A stretch of DNA of 62,024 nucleotides, the filler included, from Rhabdomonas costata (lineage: Eukaryota): NCBI GenBank assembly GCA_019059605.1. It is 21 parts of 21 records of this genome, joined end to end, with 100 filler letters (N's around TTAATTAATTAA, not from the genome) between each part and the next. Parts side by side here need not be neighbours in the genome. Positions count along the whole stretch, not along the records: positions 50,321 to 53,168 come from JAHMHO010001884.1; positions 53,269 to 56,121 come from JAHMHO010001885.1; positions 56,222 to 59,073 come from JAHMHO010001886.1; positions 59,174 to 62,024 come from JAHMHO010001887.1; 17 more parts are not named here. One strand, given 5' to 3'. This document shows positions 51,629 to 62,024 of this stretch, one piece after another. The translations under genes were made by a program, and so were the position numbers. How positions within the stretch are numbered: position 1 is the stretch's first letter; each line of letters begins with the position of its first letter. The notes beneath the pieces were generated by a model. The model was given only the letters and a program-made list of their open reading frames with translations, ran no database searches and was not told the DNA's origin.

Positions 51629-53744
51629 ACACCATCCGACGGAGCACCCTTTTTGGAGCAGTCTCCGAAAACGTCAGCAGTTGGGAGCCGACGGGAGGCG
51701 ACTGCTTGGTAGCTACGAAACCGCCGCGCTCTCCAGTTGTCTGGGTCAAGGTGAAGTGAGCCAACGCCCACAATGTCGAATTGGCCTGCTTTCTGCCGAA
51801 CGCACCAATCGACCTTTCCGCTTCAATCAATTCAGTTAATCAGGGTCGGTTGACGTTAGCGTGACAAATTTCACGCGATGTCCTGCGTCCATCTCTATGG
51901 TGGCTATCCTTCGCTATTCCGCTGCGGGAAATACAAGGCTGACACGCTGGCCAGTGGCACGTGGTAATGTTCGATGTGCAAGTGCACCCGACTTTCTGTA
52001 TTCTCATTCTCGCACTGTGAGGCTTTCCATCCTCTCCCTGTGAGGATTGGTGGTTTCCGTAGTTTTGAGACTTGACGGTGCCTTGGTGGACACTACGTTT
52101 CTTTTCTCGAGACGAGAAGACGGGGAATGGAAAAGCTCAGAATGACGGAGAAAGAATCAGGGGCTATGTTTGAAAAAAATAATTCAAACAACATTTCAAA
52201 CAGAATTTTGCTATGCATGGCAATGCATGCGCGTTTCAAAAACAAACTCTTGGGCTGGAAACGTTTTTGCTTTGGAGTGACATAATCATTTTTGGATTGT
52301 CTGAAAAACGGCAGAGAATTTACCGCCGATGAATTCAGACGCATCCTTCCTTCCCCGGGCATTCCGCTCGACTTATGTGTGTATTATATATCGGCGTCAC
52401 TGCAAAAAAGTCACAACCCAAAAATTGCACTGTAAATCAGAGACATTTTCGGACCTAGATGTTAATACTGGTTTTCACCTGCAGGTGGAGGAGGCTAACC
52501 CGACGAGGAGATGTGAGCAGTGCACTGGTCATCAGCATGAAGTTAGAGAGATAGAGATGGGACTGTGCACTGACGCAGGGTGCGGGGGAACCATAGAAGG
52601 TGCTGTGCATGGGAGCAGAAAGGTAAGCACTGTTTTGTAGGCGATGATTGTGCGGTCTCTGTGGTATGTTCTCTGTTGTGCGGTAGAGAAAGAGGTGATG
52701 GTGATGTTGTGCTGGTGTGGCATAAGGCTACGGGTGTAGCAGGTGGGCGTCCTCTCCCCAGGAATACACATTCGTCTTTGGGCAGCTTTCCTTTACACCA
52801 ATCCCACATGACTTATTGTGACTTTGTCCGAATTTCCAACAACTTCCCTGAAACCTTTTCACACACATAACCCATATAGCTTCAGTGCTTCTGTACTCTT
52901 TTTGTTGCAGCCTGTTTGTGTACTACCGTGTATTTTTTTTTGCCTGTGCCTCGTGTTTTTGCGTCCTGTGCTTTGCTGTTTGTGAACTGCCTTTTCCCCA
53001 ACTCCGAGAAAGGTTGCATCAAGGAAAGAGAGAGGCAGTATGAAAAGCTCCTCTGTGGTCGTCTCTCCCTCCGCGGCCGGGGGTGGCCCCCCGGAGAGTT
53101 TCTCTACAGGGAAGCAGCCCACCTCTGAAGCCGTCGCGCCCACCCCCACACACACAAACAACCACCCANNNNNNNNNNNNNNNNNNNNNNNNNNNNNNNN
53201 NNNNNNNNNNNNTTAATTAATTAANNNNNNNNNNNNNNNNNNNNNNNNNNNNNNNNNNNNNNNNNNNNGTTGTGGTTTTTTAACAGCGTACCATTTGTTT
53301 GGGTTGGATAATGCCGTGTTGATTAGGTTTACAACTCATTCCAACGACTTCCTTTGGTTCCTATAGTCATCCGTGTGGTGGTAGGCTTCGGGCGAGTACT
53401 GATGCCAGATGCTGTGCACAGTATTTTTACCATATGTGATAGGTCAGCAATACGAAACTGTTGACATGAATTCAGAGCCGCTTCGTGTTACTTCAAGTAT
53501 CACATCACGTATCCATTGTCGGCTTCAGTGCATAGGTTTGAGTGACGTTGCATCACTGTTAACCTATGACATTAGCTTATCAGGCGGTTGTAGCCTCATC
53601 AGCAGTTTACTGTAATTTCATACTTATCTGATAATGCCAGTTAGGATAACTGATAGGAATCTCTCAGAACCTTTTGTCGCAGATGGATCCAGGGAAGTAT
53701 TCTGGTTGTTTGAACACCATCGGATGTGAAATAGAAGCAACTAC

Positions 53745-54600
53745 AAGAGAACTACAATACAAAAATATCAAGCCTGTGTGCACAACAAAAAACACCAAAA
53801 ACCAGCGCACCAAATTTGCACACACAAAACACGACACCCAACCACACTTCAAGACAAGAAACAAGCAACAACAACGTCAAACACACAAAGCACACGCACC
53901 CAACAGAGCAAACACAAGCACCAAATCCACTGTAACGCAGAGAACTAACCGCTTATGCACACCAATCCAGATGATGATACCAACAACACAATTCCAGCAC
54001 AAGAAACCTAACGAATGTCAACAATACAATGCAAAAAACGTCAATCCCAACGTGTCCAAAACAAGAAGCATCACCCACACAAACACTCCAACACAAAATG
54101 ACACCAGGAACCAGCACCACAAACACGAACACACCAACATCAAAGTTGCGCACATCGCTTTGACTCTACTACCATACATCCTTACACTACAGACCAGACA
54201 CTACAGGACCACATTATACCGTAAAACCATACCATACCCTACCTTACTACCACAAAACCATAAGAATACACGCACGCAAGGAACCAAAGCACCCCAAACA
54301 CAACAACCCGATAGCCTCACAACACGATACTTACACCCACATAAACCATAAATCCGATACCAGCAAATAACACAACGCCAGAACACACGCACAGATGTAA
54401 CCCAGAATGCCAGAACGCTGATACAGAACCCCAAATACGGAATGCCAACCATAGAAGAGGAACCAGAATCACTAATGCCAATCCAGAATAATCCCATGAC
54501 ACCAAAGAGCCAATACCAGAATGAAACACGGAAGGACAAAACAAGCTAACCCATAAAACCACGCGAAAAAGACCCGTGTTCACAAAATCAAAAATTCATC
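53745..54600. repeat. Strongly A/C-skewed low-complexity tract
   Basis: Very few G/T on the + strand, irregular ACAC/AAAC units and recurring CCAGAA. Confidence 0.7.
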
Positions 54601-56221
54601 AAAAATTGCCATTATTTGTGTTTTACTGCCACATATGTGGACACCTAACTCCCCAATTCCAAGATTACAATGCGCATTGTACCACTTTATAGCCACTTGT
54701 TAGAATTTTTTGATGTTACCACTCGACGAGTCATGCTAGGTGCATGTAAGACTACTTACATGCACTTTTTTGTTTACGCATTTTACACATTTTAAACAAG
54801 TTATTAGACCCTAGTGACTAAAGTAAAATGCAAACAAAGTTAAAAACAGATCAAATTCTGCTCTGCTCCGTATCATCATATGATTTGATACGTCATTGGA
54901 ATGAGGGCCTTAGGTAATAGAAAAACAGAAAAGTTGGAAGAAATTCTGTGTAAAAATACACAAGGTGATGTAAAAGTGCATAGGTGAGTTGAGTAAGTTC
55001 CACAAGTGTGGAGTAAATGCCTACCTCCCCATCCGTTTAGTTTGTATGCTCCCCGATGGATCGCTACCAAACGTTTTAATAACTAGGCATCGTCACTGCG
55101 TTCCTCTTCACAGGTTCACATACTCTAAGACATTAATACATGATAGATGGGCTCCTCGATGCTACGACAACCTATCCGCTCATCCACAGTGTATGACGCC
55201 GATGCCGACTGTTGGGAAGAAATGCGGAAGGAGAGAGATGCAGGAAGAGTAGAGTGCGGAAGACCAAATGCCTAGATACCACATTGCTGATGCTTGTGGT
55301 GCCGCTGTTGTTGTGCAGCATACTACACTATTCTCCGTATGCTCCTAAATGTATCAATCACCATGAACACGAGCGTAAAGAAGTGGACATGAGACCCATG
55401 TCTTGTATTTGCTGGTTCTGAGTTGCTGCGCTTGTACCTCTCTAAATACTTGGGTCACACCACGCCAACATATAGCTCAGGCATGGATCACGCTATGTGC
55501 ATCAGTGAAAATCAGCTGAACTACCAAAAATTGTAGACTCACAGACATCACATGCGACATCAAGACCAAGTGCATAACTTATATATATGAAACTTATATA
55601 TATGAAGAATTATTGCTCAAAAAGAAGAAGACAAAAATAACTGGAGGTAACACGACACCACACCACACGATACTACACCAGAAAAACCATCCACACAGAC
55701 ATTCTCGTACAAGTCATACCAACCAGTCGAAATTCGATTAACAAGAAGAACATAAGAACGACGTAAAAACAACTAAGGTGGAGACATAATGTCAAATCCG
55801 ACACTTAACGAAAAGAAAGCTTTGCACACAAACCGAGCACGGCAAGAACTAGTAACATACAAATTATAGAGCTACAACTCAGATGGATAATGACACCCAC
55901 TCCTACGGATTTCCAGTATCGTTCCCTCAAACCGGTATGGACATCGGGTTACCCATTTCCACCACTGAGTTGGACTATGACTGCTTGCATCATGGTCACA
56001 GTTGCCACACTGGAGTATATATCTTTGACAATGCTTCAGCGTCAATGAGATGCCTATGAGAAGGCTAAATGGGCAATGGAATTTCCATTGATTACCACGA
56101 TTACGGCAATACCCACACAACNNNNNNNNNNNNNNNNNNNNNNNNNNNNNNNNNNNNNNNNNNNNTTAATTAATTAANNNNNNNNNNNNNNNNNNNNNNN
56201 NNNNNNNNNNNNNNNNNNNNN

Positions 56222-56379
56222 TTTTGGTTTTAATTTGATTGCCAATGGGATGCAAGGGAGCGCAGAGCACACACACACCCAGATGTTCGCGCCCCGCGAC
56301 TCGAGAATTCGCAGCCATCTGGGTGTGTGTGTGCTCTGCGCTCCCTTGCATTCCATTGGCAATCAAATTAAAATCAAAA
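56222..56379. repeat. 64-bp inverted repeat (hairpin) at a contig start
   Basis: Arms 56222-56285 and 56316-56379 with two mismatches, both G-T; 30-nt loop. Confidence 0.95.
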
Positions 56380-59300
56380 TCATTGCAACAATATAAGAGT
56401 TTTCTTTGCAAACGAGTGATCTGGGAAGCAGACAGACCTGAGTTGTGGCCGAAGAGCGTGCCCAGAACCGCCCCAAGCCGAGTAGCCATAGTTTGGAATT
56501 GCACGTGAAACCCGAAACAACATTGCGCCGAGCTCGGTGCTGTCACAATTCAGAAATTTTAAAGTTGCGTTTGCACCGTGCGTTCCATGCACTAGGGTTT
56601 CTATTCATAGAACGTCACGGGGGCCACCGCAGGAAGCGGAAGGGGAGTATTTGCCTCCTCCTCCTTCCTCTTCCCCAGGAGTGCTGCTGCAGACCACTTT
56701 TCGTGCGGGCGTGGTGCTCTCACTGTGGGTGCTGGCCGTGCTGCAGCTTGACAAAGTGCTGACCCAGAAGAGACTGGCATGTGCGGGAGTTGCGGTGCAG
56801 CACTGCAGGTCTTAACCTCTCTCGCATTCTGGGAGGGAGGAAATCCCCAGATGTGAGATGGTGGCTAAAACTTGTTATTTCATTTTTTTCCGACAAGCTG
56901 CGTGTAGCACCATTGAAAAGCAAGAGAAACCTGTCAAAGAACGCTTTGGGAGGTGCAAATGTTTCCCACACCTCTTTGTGAAGGGCAATGAGTTAACACA
57001 CCTGTACATTTTTTTCAAACATCGTCGTCACTATGTGCTCTGATCCTTCCATCGCTCGTATATGCACCGCGCCTGGATGAAATATTGTTTGCCGTGTTGT
57101 TTTTTCTGTTCATTGGCTGCCCAAAATGTCTCCCCTACGACTGATGCTTTCCCGTGTTCTCCCGTGCTCCCGTGCTCTGCTCCTCTTTCTTTCTATGCTG
57201 CTGTTGTCTGCACCATACTTTCATCATTGGACACTGGCTGTCCGACAGAAAATTCCTGATACATCTCCGAATGTTCTGCAACTTTTTTTGTGTGGGGGGG
57301 TCGTTTTAGACTCCTGGTGTGGTTGTTGTTCTCGGATAATGAGTCGCAGCCCGAGACGGGTGCCGAGGCACCAGACGACACTGACAGCTCCGATGGCGAG
57401 GAGGAGCTCAGTGAGAATGAGGACATCGAAGAGGCCGTCCCCTTCGGTGTCCCCGACGGTGTGCGAGACCCGCGATGCCCGTGACCCAAACCCGCGAACC
57501 TAACTCTATGGCACAAATGTTCACCCAACCCAACTCCAAATGGGGGCAGGGGGTGTCGAGAAATGATATTTCCCCAGTCCTGAACCATTTTAACGTCTGC
57601 GTGGTTTGGCTCCTTTCTTTGGTGGCCATTCTGGTCTGTTACATCATGAAAGCTTCTATTTTAGAGCCTTTATCTTAATTTCTTTTGGGGGTTTCGGGCA
57701 TCAGGTTTATGAGAACGTTTATTGTGTGCTCCTTTGCCTGTCTTAGACCACAGCACTCCGAGCGCGGCGGACAGCGAAGAGGAGCTGGAGTCATCCGGAT
57801 CAACGGACCTCTCCCTCGCTTCGCATTCTTCTGGGGGTCAACACGCAAGCTCTAGCCTGCAGCACGCGCAGTGGCCCTCTCACCCTTCCTGCACTTCGCC
57901 AGAGGTGGGCCCACCAGTGGATGCGGCAGAGCTCGCAGAGGAAGCAACAGAAAGTGGTGAAGCGACTTCTGGGGATGAGTGTACCAGTAGAGGTGTAACT
58001 GATTGAGGTGACACCCCACGGCTTCTTGTACAATCTCTTTTTGAACTGCTGCAGTAGTTGCTGCTTTGTAGCTGCAAAATGGACACTCAAATGAGCCCTC
58101 ATCCCGCCCCAGGTTCCTTGAGCGATGCTGTCCTCCTCCGGGCATCTCAGATAATGACTTCTCCATAATGAACGATACTGAATATTGAATGATACTGGAG
58201 AGTGGACTTGTCCCGGATGCTCAAGCCACCCACCCAGAGATAGCAAGCCACGCTGCAACACACAGTTAACTAGCATCGTCTTCCCATGAAGAGTCTTGCT
58301 TTTTTCCGCGATCCATGAATAAGCAACGGAAACAGCGGTTGCAGCCGAACAAGAGAGTTCTGCTGTGATCCGACGACACCTGGAGCAAGTCTTTCATGGA
58401 TTATCTTGTCTTTTCCTTTCAGTTGGGTGTGTGGTGTCCCAATGCCCACAGAGCCCATTATTCATTATTGGTATCGCATGCGCCATGGCGTTTCCTCTTC
58501 GCCCGCGGAGACTGTGCTTCCTCTTTGGGTGCTCACTCCCTGTGAGGTGGCGAGCCTATTCCAGCGCGTTGCGCGGGATCCTTTGCTGGGGTTTCCCGCT
58601 GTGGTACTGCTTCCCCTTAGCGTTCCTGGGCTGTTGCTGTACACGCTCTGCTGCCTTTTCATTCTCGTGGGCCACCGATGCTGGAAGAAGGGCCGGGACA
58701 GCCTCCGGCGCCTGGTTGAAGCTTCCCGCACGAAGGTTATGGGCACTCACGGCCGTGTTCGCGCGGTTGCCGCGCAGTGGCTGAAAACCTTCCCGAGGTT
58801 TCTTGCAAAGGTTCGCTGATCTTTCGATTCTCGCTCGGATTTACCCACAATTGGTTCTTGTCCAATGATGTTGCCATGATCCATCCTTCTCCGCCATTGT
58901 CGACGTCCCGTGCATATTTGAATGCAACTGCACACAGTTTCAGCGTTGCATTGGTTTCGGTGCACAGTTTCTTAATCCTTTTGGTGCAGTACATGAGAAA
59001 GCTCGAAACTGATCAAAATGGCAAGAAATAGAATAGCCCAAAAAAAAACGGGCTCATTCGACCCCCCCACAACNNNNNNNNNNNNNNNNNNNNNNNNNNN
59101 NNNNNNNNNNNNNNNNNTTAATTAATTAANNNNNNNNNNNNNNNNNNNNNNNNNNNNNNNNNNNNNNNNNNNNGTTGTGGTGGAAAAGGAGAGGAACGTG
59201 CGAAACTTCAGTTATTACGGCAACTTCATTTGTGATTTCCTTTGGACATTTGGTAGGTCTGCAAAATTCCAGTGACCTGTGTAAGTCCCCAGCACAGCAA

Positions 59301-61469
59301 GGCTGAGAGTGCAAAAGTGGAACTCATGAGTATTGATATCGGCCCACATGACTTGACGTGCTGCTTACATTGTTTCTTTTAATCTCTGATTCATGGCTGA
59401 TGGTTCTGCGAGCTTCTGGCCTCAACTGGCAACGCGGACATGGCTCTGGTGGTGGTTTTGTGGTGAGTGTTTTGGTTAGGTTATCGGTCTACATTACTAA
59501 TAACCTATGCTACAGTGGATTCCACCTGGAGGCAGACATGCAAACTGAGACCCACACGCTATATTACTAATGGATGCCACTCGCTATGATAGTGCCATCC
59601 GTACATTTAAGCAATCTGATTGTCACAGGAGTTGCAGCCTGCACAGCTGATAGCTCCTTAACAAGACCCAGACATCGCTTTCTTTGTGCTACTAATCAAT
59701 TGTAATTTTATCTCAGCATGATTACATGCAGACGCAATTATGGAATACCTGATTAACCTTATCAACTTACGGGAAGTTATTCCTCCAGAATACCGTCGAT
59801 TAATACTCTGATGGCACCAGCTTCACACATCTTGCGCCATATCGGAAGCAGGCCTGAGAAGTGGCAGTGGAATTCAAATTGATGCTCACTCTGATTGGTG
59901 AAAAGACTACCTTCTCTAGATATAGGCAGTTCACCCTAAACGGGCCCACTGAATGCTCAAGCCTAGGCCCGCTTGAAACACCGACTTTTGCGGTTCCAAA
60001 CCACCGTATCATACCTAGTGGAGTTACAAGGCTCTACATATGTGTCCGGCTTTTAACATACCAGATATTGGCAACAAACCGTCTCCGCATCCTAGTATAG
60101 CCAAAAGAGCGTAGTTCACAAACCAAGATGCGCGGATGAAGAGTGCAGTGATGGCCGACGAACGAGAATTTCTCCCACAACCGACACACCTCCACGCGGA
60201 ACCGCAGACACAAAAGAGCCCTGCCAGCCACGTGAATCGCAACAAAGCCGAGGTCAGCGCTGTACGGAAGCAACCAAAGACGAAGTCTTGTGGACAATGT
60301 GTTTGCATTGGATTGGATCCAATAATTTGTGCCCTAACGCACGGGATTATAATTGCACATGTGTTGGTCAAAGTTTGCACAGATGAGTAAAGGCTAATGT
60401 TGGTCACAACTAATCACCATCAACATTGGTTGCTGACCCTGTACACCTGGTACTAACCCTACACTGAGTCAATACTTCGAAGCGGATAGCGCCGAGGCCA
60501 ACACACCGACTATGATAACCACACCATTACCATTAAAGTGATGTAATTGGCCAGTGGTGGATGCCGAGTGACATGGTGGCTACAGGTAGTGACGTTGAGA
60601 ACGTGGATGCAACACCAACCGCTACATCACCCTCCCACACACATTCCACCATTGGGAGAGTGGCAACCACCAACCTTCTGATGTTGGAATTGGACGTAAG
60701 GATGAAGCAAGTGGTGAGATAGACACTGATATGCACCATGGCACACTGCTGGTGGATGATCTGAGACACCATCTGCACATCCACCGCCAGACCGACGTAG
60801 AGTGATAGTGGAGAGTGACCACCGTTGATGGTGAGTGGTGATAGAGAGTGATATTAACTTGAGACAAACATATCACTCACGCTATCCCTCCACCTCCACC
60901 ACAGAGGCAGGATTCCTACCCACACTTCCTACTCAGTTGATGTCGAGAGAGTGCAGACACAGCATGATGTGATGATGTGAATAGTGAAGAGTGACCACTA
61001 TGGTGAGATAGACGCAATGCCAAGCTGATGGTGTAAGAGATGGTACACTGGCATCATCACTACACATAGGGTTAACGTGGTTGATACACCACTACATGCG
61101 CATATGGTAATGATGCCATGGATCTACCAAAACATTACGTCACCACCTCTATAGAGTTGTTTTAATGGGTTGTGGCACCAACACCACAAACCTAGAGATA
61201 ATTACACCATGTCACGGCCCATAACGCAGCATTAACTCAACCATGCCGTGGTTGAAATAACCATGATGGTGGCATGGTACGGTGCACACATAGAGGATCA
61301 GTGTCACCTTTACCATCTGTGCATGGAACTGCACCAATAACAACACCATTATATCAGCACACATATGAATACACTACTAGCATGGTAATTGAGCCACTAC
61401 ATTGGCATAAATACACATCTACTGTTGTGCCTATCATCTGCCACAGCTCCAATTTAACGTCACAAAGGA

Positions 61470-62024
61470 CAGTATTCGCAAGCTGGTGCTTTCGGCACAG
61501 AATGGTCTAGATCCAGGCCATTCCTCGCTGTGCAAACACGTGCTGACCTACATGTGGAAAAACGTTTGTGGCAATCCACTTGTTAATAAAATCACTCGAG
61601 TTGTTAAAATAGCCCTCGCAGTGGACCTGCCTGACAAAACTTCCTGTGTGGTGAAAGCCTATTGCTACCGCAAAATAATGATGGGTGCATTCGTGCCAAT
61701 GCTTTAAGAGAATGCACACGAGCTGTCATTGCAAAAATATGGTCAGATTTGCATCAACGGCTGCTAATTCATTGCAAACTCTGCATGTCGTCGTTGAAGG
61801 TGCAGACCCATTTTATCAAATATGCAAATTGATCACAAAAAATTGGGCCTACAAACTGCTGGAGAACAAAGTCATTTTGAAAATAGATCTCACCAATGTG
61901 TACAACTCTATAGACAGCTCCACATGCCTCCATGGAATTCGCGATTGATGCAAGCTGGTACCCGTGCATGCAGAGCGAGGTGTACTTTGGCCAGCAGACC
62001 ATTACGTTCAAGGCTGTTCTCTAC
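61470..62024 (+). mobile_element. Degenerate non-LTR retrotransposon RT, CRE/SLACS-like
   Basis: Ordered motifs with frameshifts: AGAFG-QNGLDPGH (cf. sagG.dGlrp.H), NNDGCIRANALRECTRAVIAK (cf. K..GgiRPIAvgE..RR..aK), LHVVVEG (cf. Q.gVgv.gG) and VILKIDLTNVYNSI (cf. LK.D..NAFNsi). Confidence 0.7.

Noticed and set aside
53674..54351. 225-aa ORF as a real protein
   Set aside because: It results from A/C skew suppressing stop codons and has no recognisable features.

Overview
This window is not one locus. It is 21 unrelated contigs of about 2.85-2.9 kb, joined by 100-nt artificial spacers (N runs around TTAATTAATTAA), so neighbourhood across spacers is meaningless. The DNA is from an intron-rich eukaryote, probably a protist (GT-AG introns, CA/GT microsatellites, GC3-rich exons). 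G/T-only contig termini suggest whole-genome-amplified material. Recognisable genes, mostly partial and multi-exon: a Ded1/DDX3 DEAD-box helicase, an ABHD4/5-type alpha/beta hydrolase, a PDR/ABCG transporter with a 16-nt microexon, an EFM7/NNT1 methyltransferase, a Ulp1/SENP protease, a metacaspase exon, an O-fucosyltransferase-family glycosyltransferase, three PC-esterase/NXPE-like SGNH proteins, an intronless secreted cyclophilin and an intronless P-loop GTPase. Two decayed non-LTR retrotransposons are present (CRE-like and L1/Tx1-like). The most intriguing unexplained signals are two hairpin-dense, G-U-rich non-coding segments (about 6091-6330 and 27060-27490) and two long hairpins at contig ends. 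All family calls are by-eye motif recognition; no searches were run.
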